Positions 1 through 9,563 of a DNA stretch of 64,000 nucleotides are shown here, piece by piece. Made by a program: the position numbers and the translations under genes. Position 1 is the stretch's first letter. The number at the start of each line of letters is the position of its first letter. Source of the stretch: an uncultured Acidobacteriota bacterium (GTDB taxonomy: Bacteria > Acidobacteriota > Terriglobia > UBA7540); the NCBI GenBank assembly GCA_963719115.1, contig CAVRBF010000028.1, forward strand, positions 5,633 to 69,632, in the 5' to 3' direction. The notes below the pieces were generated by a model that worked only from the letters and a program-made list of their open reading frames with translations, did not search any database and had not been told where the DNA came from.

Positions 1-103
1 GGTGTGGTGTGTCTAAAGCACTTGGGCATTTGCAACTACGCCAGTTTTTGCCCGGCAGATGGGCTTGTTACCCAGCAAAAAAATCTTAAAGGAGAAACTG
101 CAT

Positions 104-3100
104 ATGAAGTTAGCGAAGCAGCTATGTTTGATCCTGGCGTTCCTATGCGCCTTCCCGCTCGCGGCCCTGGCGCAAACGATGGGTGGCGCCATTGAAGGAA
201 CCGTGACCGATCCCAACGGAGCAGTCGTTCCTTTGGCAAAAGTGACGGCGACCAACGTGGCCACTGGGGTCGCGACGACGGTGGCCACCTCGGCTGCCGG
301 CGTGTACTCTTTCCCCGTCCTGCCACCGGGTCCGTACAGCATCCGCGTGGAGCAGAATGGATTCAAAACCTTAATCCGGGCGGGCATTGAAGTTCGCCTG
401 GCACTGATCGAGACCATCGACATTAAGCTGGAATTGGGCACGGTTCAGCAGCAGGTGGAAGTGAAAGGGCAGGCGCCGGTGCTGACCACCAACAATGCCA
501 CCATCGGCATGAACATGAGCCCCCAGACGCTCGATTCGCTGCCGGTCTGGTTCGGCGGCAGCATGCGCCTGGCGAATGCTTTCATCGGCTACATGCCCAA
601 CGTCCAGGCCAATTCCCAGCAAACCATCAACGGTGGGCCGGGCCGGGCCATGGAAATAATGATTGACGGCGGCAGCATCGTCAGTCCCGAATCCGGCGGA
701 ATCTCGTTCTATTTCCCCGGCATGGAGCCCTATAGCGAAACCAAGGTGATTACCTCTGGCCCCACGGCGGATTTAGGCCGCACGGGCGGCGGCTTCCAGT
801 TGTTCACCACCAAGTCCGGGACCAACAATGTCCACGGTTCCATGTTCTATAACTGGGAGCGGCAATACACCAGTGCCAACTCATGGTCGGGCAATCAGAA
901 CACGACCCCTGCTAACTTTTCCTGTTTCAACCAGATCCAGACCCATGCTTGCCGCCCCAAAGTTCGCTACAACGATGAAGGCGGCTCGGCCGGCGGGCCT
1001 GTTTACATTCCTCACGTTTACGATGGGCGGAACAGAACCTTCTGGTTCTTCACCTACGAGGGTTACTGGCAGCCGGCTACGGTGGTCCAGAATCTTAACG
1101 AGGGCGTGGCCACCGCCGCGGAACTGCAAGGCAACTTCCAGGGCGTCTATGGCGCCACCAACCCAGTCATCTACGACCCCAACACCACCGTGGCGGGTGT
1201 CCGCACGCCGTTTGGTTCCGCGGGCGCCTACAACATCATTCCCGCCAACCGCTTCAGCACCATCTCCAAGAATTTCATCCCGTACATTCCGGCGGCCAAT
1301 ACGGGAAGTGGCGGCTCGCCAAACGGCGATTACTACTTTAACCAGACGACCGTGCTAACGGATAAGGACTGGTCGATCAAGATCGATCATTCCCTGGGAA
1401 CCAAGAATCACTTCTCGTTCTTTGAGACGCACCGGTATGCACCCATGAATGTGGTGCAATATCTTCCCGGTCCCATCAGCGACGGGCTGTTAAGCACCAC
1501 TGACCCGCATCAGTTCCGCGCCAGTTGGGACTGGGTTGCCACCCCCCACGTGATCCTCCATTCCTACTGGAGCGGCGACTTTGACAATCAGCAGTGGTTT
1601 AACCCCTTGCAGAACGGCTATGGCTGCAAGCTGGGCTTTACCGCAGAGTTATGCGGAACCAACCAGGACGCCACGCCACAAGTCACTTTTGCCGGGGGCC
1701 CTACCGTCTACACAAACTGGGGCATGAACCAGGGCAAAGTCAACAATGGCGGCCAGTTAAACCACATCCTGATGTACGGGCAAAGCCTCACCTGGACCCG
1801 CAACAAGCACGAATTCAAGATGGGTTGGGAAATTCGCCGGATGATCACCACGTCTAACGACTGGTCCACCACCAATGGAATCTACAATTACTCCAATGCC
1901 CAAACCGCGCTACAGGCCGGAAGTACCACCACTGGAGATTCCTTTGCCAGTTTCCTGCTGGGCACCCCCAACTCCGCCAGTCAAGGCAATGCGCCCGTCT
2001 ATCCAGGGAATATCCGTTATGCCTACACCGCGGGATACTTCATGGACACCTGGAAGATCAAGCCCAACCTGACGTTTGATTTGGGAGTCCGCTACGAGGT
2101 GCCCATCAATTGGCACTACTACAACGGGGGCGACTCCTCCTTCAGCCCGACGACCATTGATCCGACCGCCGGTAACCTTCCCGGCGGCTTTATCTTCATG
2201 GGCACAGGACCCGGCCGCACCGGCAATCTGCGCCCCTATCCCACCGACTTCTCGGACATCGGACCGCGTTTGGGCTTCGCCTGGCAGACAACCCCCAATA
2301 CCGTCATTCGCGGCGCCTTCGGTCTGATTTATGAGGGCCTGGGGAATGGCGATTGCCAATGCACGGAAGGTTTCAACGCCGGCACCTGGAGCCAGGGCGG
2401 TGACGGTTTCGATCCGGCGTTCCAATGGGACAAGAACCCCAACGGCACTCCGGGCGTTTACCCGCAACCCGGCTTTATCGGCGCATCGCTGACTCCCGGC
2501 GTTGATGAATTCAACGCGGGCAGCCTCTTCACCGGATGCTGCATTGAAATGAGCCCGAAATTCGGCTTGGCGCCACGCATCTACGATATGAACTTCACGG
2601 TTCAGCGCCAATACAAGGGCTGGCTCTTCCAAATCGGCTATCAAGGCCAGCGGACGCACAACGGCATCGCCACTGACATGGCCAATGTGCTGCCAGCCAG
2701 CGAACTCTCCCTCATGAACACGCCCACCGCGATGTCGGGCACCACTCCGGCCGGCACGGCATTTACGATTCCGGCGAATACCAACCTGCTCAAATACAGC
2801 TTCAACGATCCCACGCAAGGTCCGGAACTGAACGGCCTGGGTTACTACGCTCCCTCGGGAGTCAACAGCAAAAACCCCAGTTGCGCGGGGTGGAAGACCT
2901 GCTGGACCACCGGTTGGCCGGGGGCGCCGCAAACCTGTTTCAGGCTCTCCGTCCGTTCCCGCAGATCGGACTGGTCAACAATGCCAACGATGGTAACGGC
3001 TGGATCTCCTACGATTCCCTGGTTCTCATCGTTGAGCATCGTTTCGGCGACCTGAACCTGGAGACCAGCTACGTGCGCTCGAAAAACCTCGACATCGATG

Positions 3101-3806
3101 TCGGCAGCCAGATCTTTGGGTACTACCAAGGCGTTCAGGCCAATCAGGATCCCCAAAATCGGGCCGATAACAAGTCGTTTGCCAACTCGGACTTCCCGAA
3201 TGTGATCAACTTCACCACCAGCTATTTACTGCCCTTTGGCCGGGGAAAGAAATTCCTCGGCGGCACCAATCCGGTGGTCAATAAGCTCGTGAGCGGTTGG
3301 ACGCTTGCCGGCTGGGACAGTATCGCTCCGGTGCTCTGATCGAGATCACCAGCCCAACCAATAACCTCATGACCTACATGGGTTGGGAAATCACGAAAGC
3401 GAATTACACGGGCGCCGCGATCAGGACCGGCGTTGCTGACAGTACGTTGGATCCTGACAATCCCAACATCCGCTGGTTCACGACTTCCACTAATGCTTCC
3501 GGGGCCGTGACCGGCAGTGCTGCGTTCACCCAGGCGCCCATCGGCGCGATGGGCAACTCCTCCATCTACAACAATCAGTACCGGCAACCGTGGTACCGGT
3601 ACGAGGCCATGTCTCTCAACAAGTTGATTGGCATCTACGGAGAAGGCAAAGTTAGCCTCCGGTACACGTTATATGTGGCCAACCCCTTCCAGCGGACCGG
3701 CTTTGGTGGCATCACCAGCACCATCACCAGCGCCAACTTCGGACGCCCGACGGGCCCGGCCGACGGCGCCCGCCAGATGTCCATGGGCCTGCGCCTGTAC
3801 TTCTAA
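104..3806 (+). pseudogene. TonB-dependent outer-membrane receptor with N-terminal carboxypeptidase-regulatory-like domain. The reading frame is broken twice.
   Basis: AAGGAG RBS at 89-94 and ATG at 104. Signal peptide MKLAKQLCLILAFLCAFPLAALAQT, then a CarboxypepD_reg-like module (GTVTDPNGAVVPLAKVTATN...YSFPVLPPGPYSIRVEQNGFK). Three consecutive ORFs (59-3055, 2881-3339, 3297-3806) continue one protein in frames 2, 1 and 0, and it ends in a beta-barrel terminal motif (MGLRLYF). Breaks lie near 2865-2935 and 3315-3330. Confidence 0.8.
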
Positions 3807-4009
3807 CCACCATCAACCGCAGATACTTGGGGGGACCAAGCAACTCCCCCCAAGTTCAACTTTTGACTTAGGTGCAGAGGGATTTCTTGGGCCACGCGGG
3901 CGAAAACGAAACTCCGAACGGGGAGATCGGCAGCGCGACGCCCCCGGCGGTGACGGCAAGCGACTTCGAAAGGTTTCTCGATATTGCGTTGGGAAGGGAC
4001 GGAATCACC

Positions 4010-4774
4010 ATGTCAACGGTCGAGGCGTATTTCAACGATAGTGGCTCCCATCCCACTTCTCCCGTGGTGTGCGTCGCGGGATACATTTTTGACAAAGAGC
4101 AGGCCATCAAGTTTGACCGTGAGTGGCGCGCCGTCTTGAACATCTACCACCTTACCTTTTTCCGCATGAGCTCGTTTGCGCATGGCTCGGAGCCTTTCGA
4201 CAACCTTTCGCCGCATGAGCGCGACGCACTGGAACGCAATCTGATCGCCGTTATCAACAAGTGGATGAGCTTTGGCGTGGCCATAACGGTGGAGCCTGAA
4301 ATCCTTACCCGCGTTCTACCCGGCGATGGGGACTCGGCGGAAAGCCCATTCAGCTACTGTGCCCGATTTGTTTTGACCGGTGCGCGGCGTTGGATCGATG
4401 AGAAAAAAGTCACCGGGGATTGCGCCTACATTTTTGAGAGTGGGCACCGAAGTCACGAGGAAGCCAACGACATCATGAACCGGCTGTATCTTGACGCGAG
4501 ACAACGAAGGGCCTATCGCTATTTGTCCCATACCTTCATCGGCAAAAGCGTCGCGACCCCATTGCAGGCCGCCGATCTGCTGGCCTGGCATTGGTACGCC
4601 GATCGCCGAAGCAAAACGCGCGGTGACGCCGCGCCCCGACCGTGCGCACGGGCTTTGTTCGAGGGCGGCAGGCGCGGCGATTACAGCCTGCTCCATAGTG
4701 ACGAGCTGGCCATTCGGAGTTCGGCACTGCGTGGTGCCGCCCGAGGTAAAGTGGGTACTTCCGAGAATTGTTAA
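4010..4774 (+). CDS. DUF3800-family protein (uncharacterised)
   Basis: The internal ATG at 4010 gives an N-terminus MSTVEAYFNDSGSH, matching the D-(E/D)-S-G motif near the DUF3800 N-terminus. The C-terminal PLQAADLLAWHW matches the conserved LQxADxxA motif. The longer ORF from 3872 has no better start context. Confidence 0.6.
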   Translation: MSTVEAYFNDSGSHPTSPVVCVAGYIFDKEQAIKFDREWRAVLNIYHLTFFRMSSFAHGSEPFDNLSPHERDALERNLIAVINKWMSFGVAITVEPEILTRVLPGDGDSAESPFSYCARFVLTGARRWIDEKKVTGDCAYIFESGHRSHEEANDIMNRLYLDARQRRAYRYLSHTFIGKSVATPLQAADLLAWHWYADRRSKTRGDAAPRPCARALFEGGRRGDYSLLHSDELAIRSSALRGAARGKVGTSENC

Positions 4775-4925
4775 TCGCGTAATAGTCTTGACACCGTTTT
4801 CCCCTTTTTGACCGGCCCGCTGGCTGCCGGTGATCTTCGGTGGCCCTAATCCACCCGGGAGATCACCCGGCTCTGCCGCGGTGGCAGTAGAAGTTTGACA
4901 GCTCCGGGATTTGAGGCCGGAGACG

Positions 4926-5103
4926 AGACCCCTCACCCCCACGACAAGCGCGACCTGGGGCCCCCTTCCGTCAGCGGACGGTCAACCTCTCCCCTCGGAG
5001 AAGGTTGTTGATTTTCCCTGGCGCACGGGCGGAGCCCCGCAAGCATCCTCAGCCTCTCCCGTGGGGAGAGGCCGTCCCGATCCGTCGGGACGGGTGAGGG
5101 GTC
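4926..5103. repeat. Inverted pair of 'GACCCCTCACCC...CCTCTCCCC...GAGGCTG' elements
   Basis: 4926-5008 is a plus-orientation variant. The reverse complement of 5050-5103 (gacccctcacccgtcccgacggatcgggacggcctctccccacgggagaggctg) is about 85% identical to 8974-9026. Confidence 0.65.
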
Positions 5104-5874
5104 TCTTGCCGGCTGCGGTCAGGCCTATCTGGGGGGCCAGCAGCTTTAAAGCCTCTGCCTCTGCGGGAGGATAGTCACTGTGCCCCGATCAGGGTGCAGA
5201 TGCAACTGCCGCCTGGGGAGGCTAGCCATCCCGCGCCGGGAAGGGTGGGAAAAACCTCACAAAAGCTCGTTTTTTACCTGGTTTTTGAGGGAATTTTGCG
5301 GATCGGACGATGGACACGAAGGCCCCAAATGACCCCAATCTACTGAGGGTAAAAGAGATGGATGAAAAAGGGTGAAAAACACCCCTCGACGGAGGTTAAG
5401 TCCCTTTTGAATCATAAACTCATCGGCATCGGGCATTCTGTCTGTTTTTAAGTGGCTTATTTTTCAACAACTCATCGGGTTCTTTCACTGAATTTTGTGT
5501 TTTTCGGTCTGGCGGGTCCAAAAAGCCGACAAATTGGCGGGATGGCTCGCCTGCCGCGAGGCTAGTGCTGTTCCGATGCAAGCCCCGGCGCGAAAACGGA
5601 TACTGGACCGCGCCGCGACTGGGCATTCCTTCCGGCAGAACATAAGCCACCATAAGTAGACTAGCACATCCGGGCCGTTCTGTCAAGCGAAAAATGCGGA
5701 AACGGTCCCGATTTCGGCGCAGCGCCGCCATCGTTGGGCGCCCCGGTGCAGGTCAAACCTATTTACAGACGCCGACGGAAAGAATACGGTACCTCCGCTT
5801 CTCCCCCTGACACCGTTTCTCGCCCAAACGAGAATCTACCATCTGTGCACGCGCTACCGTGTTCCGCTAACCTG

Positions 5875-6774
5875 CTACCCTGATGGTAGCGGGAGCATTT
5901 CAATGGCCTCCTTTATCAGACTTGCATGGACGATGACCGCCAGGCCCAATTGGACCTGGCGAGCGGCTTGTTCGTAGGGGCCGGCTGTAACCTGTTGAAA
6001 CACCCTTTCCTCGGACACGAGCCCTGCGATGAAGCCGATGGTCTGGCCGAGCATCGTGCTGCCTCCGTATATTCGATTTGTAGCGATGAAGTATACCGGG
6101 CCGCCGCTGTTACCTTTGAAGATCCTGAAATCGAAGAGGAATGTTTTCGTGGCCGCCGTGGGGAGCAATGGATACGACGCGATCTTCCCACTGCGAAGGA
6201 TAGGAAAACCAGCCTCATTGGACGCGTTCCCTAGCGGATACCCGAGGCATTCAAGTTCGTCGCCTGGATGGATTTCGAATTTAGACAACATCTGATCGTC
6301 TGCCAAAAGGTCCGTAGAAAGAAGCGGAAGCCAGGAGGAGACTTCCTCCGGGAGCCTGACGTACATGACAGCCACGTCCGCGTTTGGGTGACGCAGCCAA
6401 AGCGGATTCCCGCCTGAGCGGATGGGGATCGGCCATGGCGCGAGCAGCCACTTGTTCTCTCCTTGTTTTCGGCGAAGCAGGAGGACGGCTGTGTCGGCTG
6501 ACATTTCCGACAGCACGTGTGCGGCTGTGATTAGCACATATGCTCCCCTCCGAGTGGTAGTGGGAATGGGCCGGCCCATAACGAACGCTGTACCTATCGT
6601 ATCTTGCCCTTGGGCGGTTCTCCCCGCGATCTCAAACGTACACTCCATGAGCACCGTGTTCAGGTCTGGATTCCCCGGGGGAGGCGGTTGGGGCGTCGGG
6701 GGATTTTGGGCACTCGTGCAGACGGCGGCCAGCACGACGGCTATGGCTATCAGCGCAGGACGGCTCCTTCTCAT
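5875..6774 (-). CDS. Secreted trypsin-like (S1/Trypsin_2) serine protease
   Basis: Signal peptide MRRSRPALIAIAVVLAAVCTSAQ from the ATG at 6774. Catalytic motifs TAAHV (His), DVAVM (Asp) and GNSGGPV (Ser). Confidence 0.7.
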   Translation of the reverse strand: MRRSRPALIAIAVVLAAVCTSAQNPPTPQPPPPGNPDLNTVLMECTFEIAGRTAQGQDTIGTAFVMGRPIPTTTRRGAYVLITAAHVLSEMSADTAVLLLRRKQGENKWLLAPWPIPIRSGGNPLWLRHPNADVAVMYVRLPEEVSSWLPLLSTDLLADDQMLSKFEIHPGDELECLGYPLGNASNEAGFPILRSGKIASYPLLPTAATKTFLFDFRIFKGNSGGPVYFIATNRIYGGSTMLGQTIGFIAGLVSEERVFQQVTAGPYEQAARQVQLGLAVIVHASLIKEAIEMLPLPSG

Positions 6775-6848
6775 GGGGCACACTCCGAGAGGCTTGATGT
6801 TCCGTTCTCCCCATAGTGTAGCACACGGCGAATATAAAGCGAATAACA

Positions 6849-6885
6849 GGGAGGGACGGGGACCTTCACGATATTTCCTATTCTC
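6849..6885 (-). repeat. Copy of a ~35-bp interspersed repeat (core GGAAATATCGTG-N-GTCCCCGYCCC)
   Basis: The reverse complement, gagaataggaaatatcgtgaaggtccccgtccctccc, matches the copies at 7101-7173 and 8511-8544. Confidence 0.7.
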
Positions 6886-7100
6886 TGGCGAGAGTGGCTC
6901 ACGGTATTTGCTCATGCTTTCGGCATCACGGCCGGGCAGATTCTGTCCCCGGGGGCTTTCGACGGATAGCCCCTCTGGGTGCGTTCTTCCAATGCCCGCG
7001 TGAGCTCCGCCAGCCCCAGCGGACGCGGCATTCTGAACCGGGGTGTACTACGCCAAGCAAGGGAATGATCAAGCGAGAGGTGGACGGGGCGTCAGTAGTC

Positions 7101-7173
7101 CCGGCAAAAATCGGAAATATCGTGCCTGTCCCCGCCCTCCGGCAAAAATCGGAAATATCCTGTCCCCGCCCTC
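7101..7173 (+). repeat. Two tandem copies of the same ~35-bp repeat
   Basis: ccggcaaaaatcggaaatatcgtgcctgtccccgccctc is followed directly by ccggcaaaaatcggaaatatcctgtccccgccctc. Confidence 0.8.
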
Positions 7174-7288
7174 ATTTCCCCTGGATGGGAAAACGGGGAA
7201 ACGAGGTGTCTGTTGCGGTCAGCCCCGGTCCGCCGGAGCGGGCGTAATCTGGGCGATAACTACGTGACTCATCAACAGGAGGTGGTAT

Positions 7289-7830
7289 ATGATCTCACCC
7301 ACCATTGAGGAGTCGGGGCAAACGATGAGCATAATTCGCGTCAATCACATCCAAGCAGACTGCAAGAATAGATTTTCCTCATTAATAGACATGTCTGACG
7401 TGAAAACTCCGGACAAAGACCAAAGAGAGAACGAACTCCTTACACGCTGCCTGTCAGCGTTCGTGGTTTCGGCAGTCGCAAAGGTTGACGATGATATCGC
7501 GGCTTTGTCTGTAGTGGACGAATCACATGACGACGGAATCGATGCTTTTTACTTCAGCAAGGTCGATCACGTTGCGTACTTGGTTCAATCTAAGTGGGTG
7601 AAAAATGGTACTGGTACGATTGACTTAGGATCAGTTCTCAAATTCAAAAAGGGGTGGAAGACTTCCTAAACAATCGCATAGAGCTACTCGGGCCTAAAAT
7701 GCGGAACTGCGTAGTTAACATCAATGACTTTCTCACCGATTCACAGGTTACACTTGTTCTGATAATAGCCTATACCGGGAAACCTGATATTTCCCCTGAA
7801 CCGGGTACCCCGGAGGTCATTTGGGGGTAG
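7289..7830 (+). pseudogene. 5' fragment of an AIPR-like abortive-infection gene (frameshifted and truncated)
   Basis: AGGAGG RBS at 7277-7282 and ATG at 7289. The N-terminal region contains ESHDDGIDAFYFSKVDHVAYLVQSKW, the DGGID...QSK pattern of AIPR N-termini. The frame breaks at the A5G4 run near 7648-7656 and continues (GVEDFLNNRIELLGPKMRNCVVNINDFLTDSQVTLVLIIAYTGKPDIS) to a stop at 7828-7830. Only about 175 codons remain of a family I recall as much larger, and the segment is visibly AT-richer than its flanks. Confidence 0.45.
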
Positions 7831-8062
7831 CGATGAGGTGCGCGTTCTTCAGCGCTCCTCAGCGGCTTTGCCATTCGCCATTCTCCCATGTCTGCATCTT
7901 CTCAAATCCCTCCGCACGGGTCGCAGGGGACGCAGGCGCGACATGGCGGGGATTATAGACCTCGTGCCCACCGATACAAACATGATTTCGCATGCTTGAA
8001 TTCCAGAAGAAGGGCCGCCGAGGAGCGCTGAACAACGCGCACCTCGTCGCTACCTAACCCCC
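7823..8062. repeat. Long imperfect inverted repeat (MITE-like or large hairpin), about 240 bp overall
   Basis: The left arm, tagcgatgaggtgcgcgttcttcagcgctcctcagcggc (7828-7866), pairs with the reverse complement of 8014-8052 (tagcgacgaggtgcgcgttgttcagcgctcctcggcggc) at 36/39 matches. GGGGG/CCCCC extends the arms. About 147 bp lies between them. Confidence 0.6.
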
Positions 8063-8124
8063 GGGCTACCCCGCTCGCCGGAATCCTGGCGTTTTCCTCT
8101 TGGCAAGGAAACAGTACCTGGCAA

Positions 8125-8147
8125 GAAAACGGTCCGACACCGTTTTC
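8125..8147 (-). terminator. Hairpin just downstream of brnA (possible terminator)
   Basis: gaaaacggt-ccgac-accgttttc forms a perfect 9-bp stem. On the minus strand only a short TT follows, so this is weak as an intrinsic terminator. Confidence 0.3.
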
Positions 8148-8157
8148 CCCTTCTCCT

Positions 8158-8472
8158 TCAGGCGCGGGCGTTGCGGCTTTCCTCCATGTAGGCGCGCAGC
8201 AGAGCGTTGATGCGGGTCTGATATCCGAGCCCCTGCGCCTTGTACCATGCCACCACATCAGCGTCGATGCGCAGGGTCAGTTGCTTCTTGCGGGGCACGG
8301 GCCTCAAGCCTTGTCGCAGAACGCCGCGAGCAAACATTTCGGGACTCACCGGGGGAATGTCAGAGTAGTCGATCTCCTCATCGCGCATCGCTCGCAGGCG
8401 CTTCCCATCAGTTTGCGACTTCTTTGAAGTATTGGGCTTCTTCATAACATTCATAACGTATTGTAGCTCCAT
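8158..8472 (-). CDS. brnA: BrnA-family antitoxin (type II TA)
   Basis: C-terminal KKQLTLRIDADVVAWYKAQGLGYQTRINALLRAYMEE matches the BrnA_antitoxin signature (RLD..V...K..G.GYQTRIN..LR.Y). Its ATG overlaps the upstream ORF's stop (TAATG). Confidence 0.75.
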   Translation of the reverse strand: MELQYVMNVMKKPNTSKKSQTDGKRLRAMRDEEIDYSDIPPVSPEMFARGVLRQGLRPVPRKKQLTLRIDADVVAWYKAQGLGYQTRINALLRAYMEESRNARA

Positions 8473-8768
8473 TATGTAGCTACAGCAAGTCGCGGCGTCC
8501 CCACCTCGAAGATGGGGGACGGGGCACCATATTTCCTATTTTCCAGCCAGCGGCGTGCGCCAATGATCGCGTTGTCGCCGGCCGGAATGTTGTATCGTCT
8601 ATTTGCTCCATCGGTCAGGCCACGCGCGAGCGGGCAATGAACATTCGGGCCAACCGCGTTCCACGCCCACCCTGCCGGCAGCCGTTCCCGCCGTCCACGC
8701 TCACCCGGCCCAGTAGTACGCTTCCCGATGCGGCAGGTCAAGAGACAACATGCCGGTGTGGCAAACAT
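8472..8768 (-). CDS. Possible degenerate BrnT (DUF497) toxin remnant
   Basis: It is translationally coupled to brnA by a 1-nt stop/start overlap. Only the tail (AGDNAIIGARRWLENRKY) resembles the BrnT C-terminus (RG...RIISAR.A...E...Y). The N-terminal F.WD..K...N..KHG motif is absent, and the 3' end is occupied by the 35-bp repeat. Confidence 0.25.
   Translation of the reverse strand: MFATPACCLLTCRIGKRTTGPGERGRRERLPAGWAWNAVGPNVHCPLARGLTDGANRRYNIPAGDNAIIGARRWLENRKYGAPSPIFEVGTPRLAVAT
8511..8544 (-). repeat. Copy of the ~35-bp interspersed repeat
   Basis: The reverse complement is ggaaaataggaaatatggtgccccgtcccccatc. Confidence 0.7.
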
Positions 8769-8973
8769 GACTCCTGCCCTTCCAGGCGTGGACTGGCGGT
8801 GGCAAGAGGCGATTCCGACCGTGCGTCGGCGAGATGCTGCCCGTAGTCGATAATACGGGCGAGAAGCAAGTGAAGAGCAAGACGACTGGGGTTGGCGAGG
8901 TCGTCATGTCACGCGCGAATGGGAAGAGGGATGATTCTGCGTAGGGTGCCGCATCGAACAGTCCTGTGGAAGT

Positions 8974-9026
8974 GACCCCTCACCCGCCCGAGGGATCGGG
9001 TCGGCCTCTCCCCAGGGGCGAGGCTG
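8974..9026 (+). repeat. Third copy of the 'GACCCCTCACCC...GAGGCTG' element
   Basis: gacccctcacccgcccgagggatcgggtcggcctctccccaggggcgaggctg. Confidence 0.65.
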
Positions 9027-9192
9027 TTGATCGTGTTGGGGGCGCGCGATAGCGCACCCGCACAGGGAATGCCCCCGTAAAAGCGGCGGCTTCGCCCCAC
9101 GGCCTCAAGCGTCCGGGCGACGGGTCGCGGCCACACTCAAAGCGCCTGCGGAGCAGATTCGGCCAGCCGTTGCCCGTGGGCCGTCGGCGCTA

Positions 9193-9246
9193 CGTACCAT
9201 GGCCATCTTGGCCATGCCCGAGCACGGGCAAGATGCCCGTGGTACG
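9193..9246. repeat. 54-nt imperfect palindrome
   Basis: In cgtaccatggccatcttggcca...cgggcaagatgcccgtggtacg, the 22-nt arms match at 18/22. Confidence 0.55.
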
Positions 9247-9349
9247 AAGTCGCGCGCGGAGCGCGATTCCGGATTCAGGGATTCCGGATTCCGGAGCCAA
9301 AGAGCAGTTGAAAGTCCATCGTCGAGAGTCGATAGTCAAACCGCTGCGG

Positions 9350-9561
9350 GATTCAAGATGGCAGATTCAAGATTCAAGAACAGTCGATGGTTCACAGTCG
9401 ATAGTCAACAACAGAAAAACCGCGCAAACAAAAAGGGCGGGGATGCGCCCAGGGCGATTCAAGATGGCAGATTCAAGATGCAAGGGCAGTCAATAGTTTA
9501 TAGCCGAGAGTCGATAGCAGAACAACCGCGCAAACAAAAAGGGCGGGGATGTTCTCCCCGC
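9350..9561. repeat. Tandem duplication, 2 x 106 bp, downstream of groEL
   Basis: Unit 1 starts at 9350 and unit 2 at 9456. Both begin gattcaagatggcagattcaagat and end ccgcgcaaacaaaaagggcggggatg. Confidence 0.8.
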
Positions 9562-9563
9562 CC
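9536..9563 (-). terminator. Rho-independent terminator of groESL
   Basis: The minus strand reads GGGCGGGG-AGAACAT-CCCCGCCC followed by TTTTTG, about 65 nt after the groEL stop. Confidence 0.7.

Noticed and set aside
2865-3330. Programmed ribosomal frameshifting as the explanation for the frame breaks in the TonB receptors, acr3 and pstS.
   Set aside because: There are no slippery heptamers with downstream structure at the sites. The breaks occur in unrelated gene families and in both directions (+1 and -1), mostly at simple homopolymers. Indel error or true mutation is far more parsimonious.
3872-4009. The N-terminal 46-codon extension of the DUF3800 ORF, and similar upstream extensions of ORFs at 5875-6915, 13365, 20975, 30575, 37775-38983, 57977 and others.
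   Set aside because: Internal starts give proper signal peptides or family N-termini with RBS-like sequences. The extensions overlap neighbouring genes or repeats.
5420-5731. 103-aa and 60-aa minus-strand ORFs in the 4.8-5.9 kb gap.
   Set aside because: There is no RBS, the composition is atypical and no motif is present. I treated them as non-coding or eroded sequence (see the finding on the region).
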